Source of the DNA: Okamejei kenojei
Lineage: Eukaryota
Assembly: GCA_035221665.1 (NCBI GenBank)
Contig: CM069160.1
Span: 34,410,001-34,474,000, forward strand
Direction: 5' to 3'
Length of the DNA stretch: 64,000 bases
Shown: positions 62,945-64,000 of the stretch, piece after piece
Layout: every line of letters begins with the position of its first letter
Numbering within the stretch: position 1 is the stretch's first letter
The notes under the pieces: generated by a model
What the model was told of the DNA's origin: nothing
Database searches by the model: none
The model's input: only the letters and a program-made list of their open reading frames with translations
Translations under genes and position numbers: made by a program

Positions 62945-64000
62945 GTTGAGACATATATAAAAAAGGAGATAGGATAAATCCTGCAAATTATCGCCCAGTT
63001 TCACTGACCTCCATACCATGCACGATTCTCCAACATATAATCCACCGACATATTATGAACCATAGTGACTTCCACAAGGTACTAACAAACCACCAACATG
63101 GCTTTAGACAGGGTCGATCATGTGAAACCCAACTGGCGGGACTCATCGATGATCTATCCAGGCCAGACGATAACAAGGGTCAGACTGATCTGATTATATT
63201 AGACTTCAGTAAGGCTTTTGATAAGGTTCCCCACAAGTGCTTCTGTACAAGCTCAACCATGTAGGAATAGACAGCAACCTCTTAAAATGGATTGAGATAT
63301 TTTTGACCAGGAGACACCAGCGAGTTCACTTGGAGGGAGAGACGTCTATTGAAACTTCTGTGACATCAGGTGCACCACAGGGGACTGACATGGGTCCATT
63401 GCTCTTCCTACTGTATATCAATGACATTCCAAATGCAGTTTTGTCCAGAGTTCGACTCATCACAGATGATGCCAATAATTTATAGAGAGATTAAAACACC
63501 AGAAGACAGCTTGTCCTTACAGAAGGATCTCGATGCTCTCTGTGAGTGGGGAAAAACTTGGCAGATGTCATTCAATACAACCAAATGTCATACTATACAT
63601 GTCTCATACAAGATTACACGACTTTTATCAGAATACAACAAGGGTAGCTATACATTGCTTGCTGTCGACCATCACCCATATCTAGCAGTTGAATTAAGCA
63701 AAGATTTAAGTTGGGCGAGCATATTAGTCATGTGTCTAACAAAGCAAATAGAACTCTCGGCCTACTCAAGAGAAATGTTCACGCATGTGGTACATCCGTC
63801 AGGCCCAAACTGGAGTATTGTGGAGCCGTATGGGATCCTTTCACCAACAACAGCAAGATCACCCTGGCGAAAGTACAACGCCGAGCAGCCCGCTTTGTAT
63901 GTAATGACTACAAGCGCAAATCAAGCGTGAATAATATGCCGATTTCTCTCGGACGGGATTCCCTAGAGTTCCGCAGAATCAGGCTAAGACTTATTGCAAT
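62945..64000 (+). mobile_element. Divergent CR1-clade LINE RT fragment (paralog of 12820-13418)
   Basis: Near-identical to 12820-13418 and continues to RPKLEYCGAVWDP..KVQRRAARFV. Confidence 0.85.

Overview
Repeat-rich vertebrate genomic DNA, most likely from a cartilaginous fish (skate/ray). That assignment is inferred from the CR1, HE1-like SINE and Penelope-type repeats and from the style of the PRY-SPRY exon. The window holds a birth-and-death cluster of butyrophilin-like (BTN; IgV-IgC-TM-B30.2) genes. Copy 1 (+, 3592-10839) is a pseudogene. Copy 2 (-, 13767 to about 36340) is an inverted duplicate with all domains, but part of it lies in low-quality sequence and a gap. Copy 3 (+, 50395-52548) is a truncated relic. 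There is also an orphan B30.2 half-exon and an orphan TM exon from a divergent paralog. The IgV-IgC intron of copy 2 contains an 11.2 kb class I endogenous retrovirus with both LTRs, a 5-bp TSD, a tRNA-Pro-like PBS, an eroded pol and a near-intact ERV3-like env, and two LINEs are nested inside it. The right end carries a DIRS1-type element whose interior is inverted between Gypsy LTRs, and a Gypsy element that ends in an inverted LTR plus an exact 18-nt tRNA-Leu copy. There are four assembly gaps, and one G-rich stretch (about 19270-20655) looks like a read artefact. Family assignments come from motif recognition only; no database searches were run.
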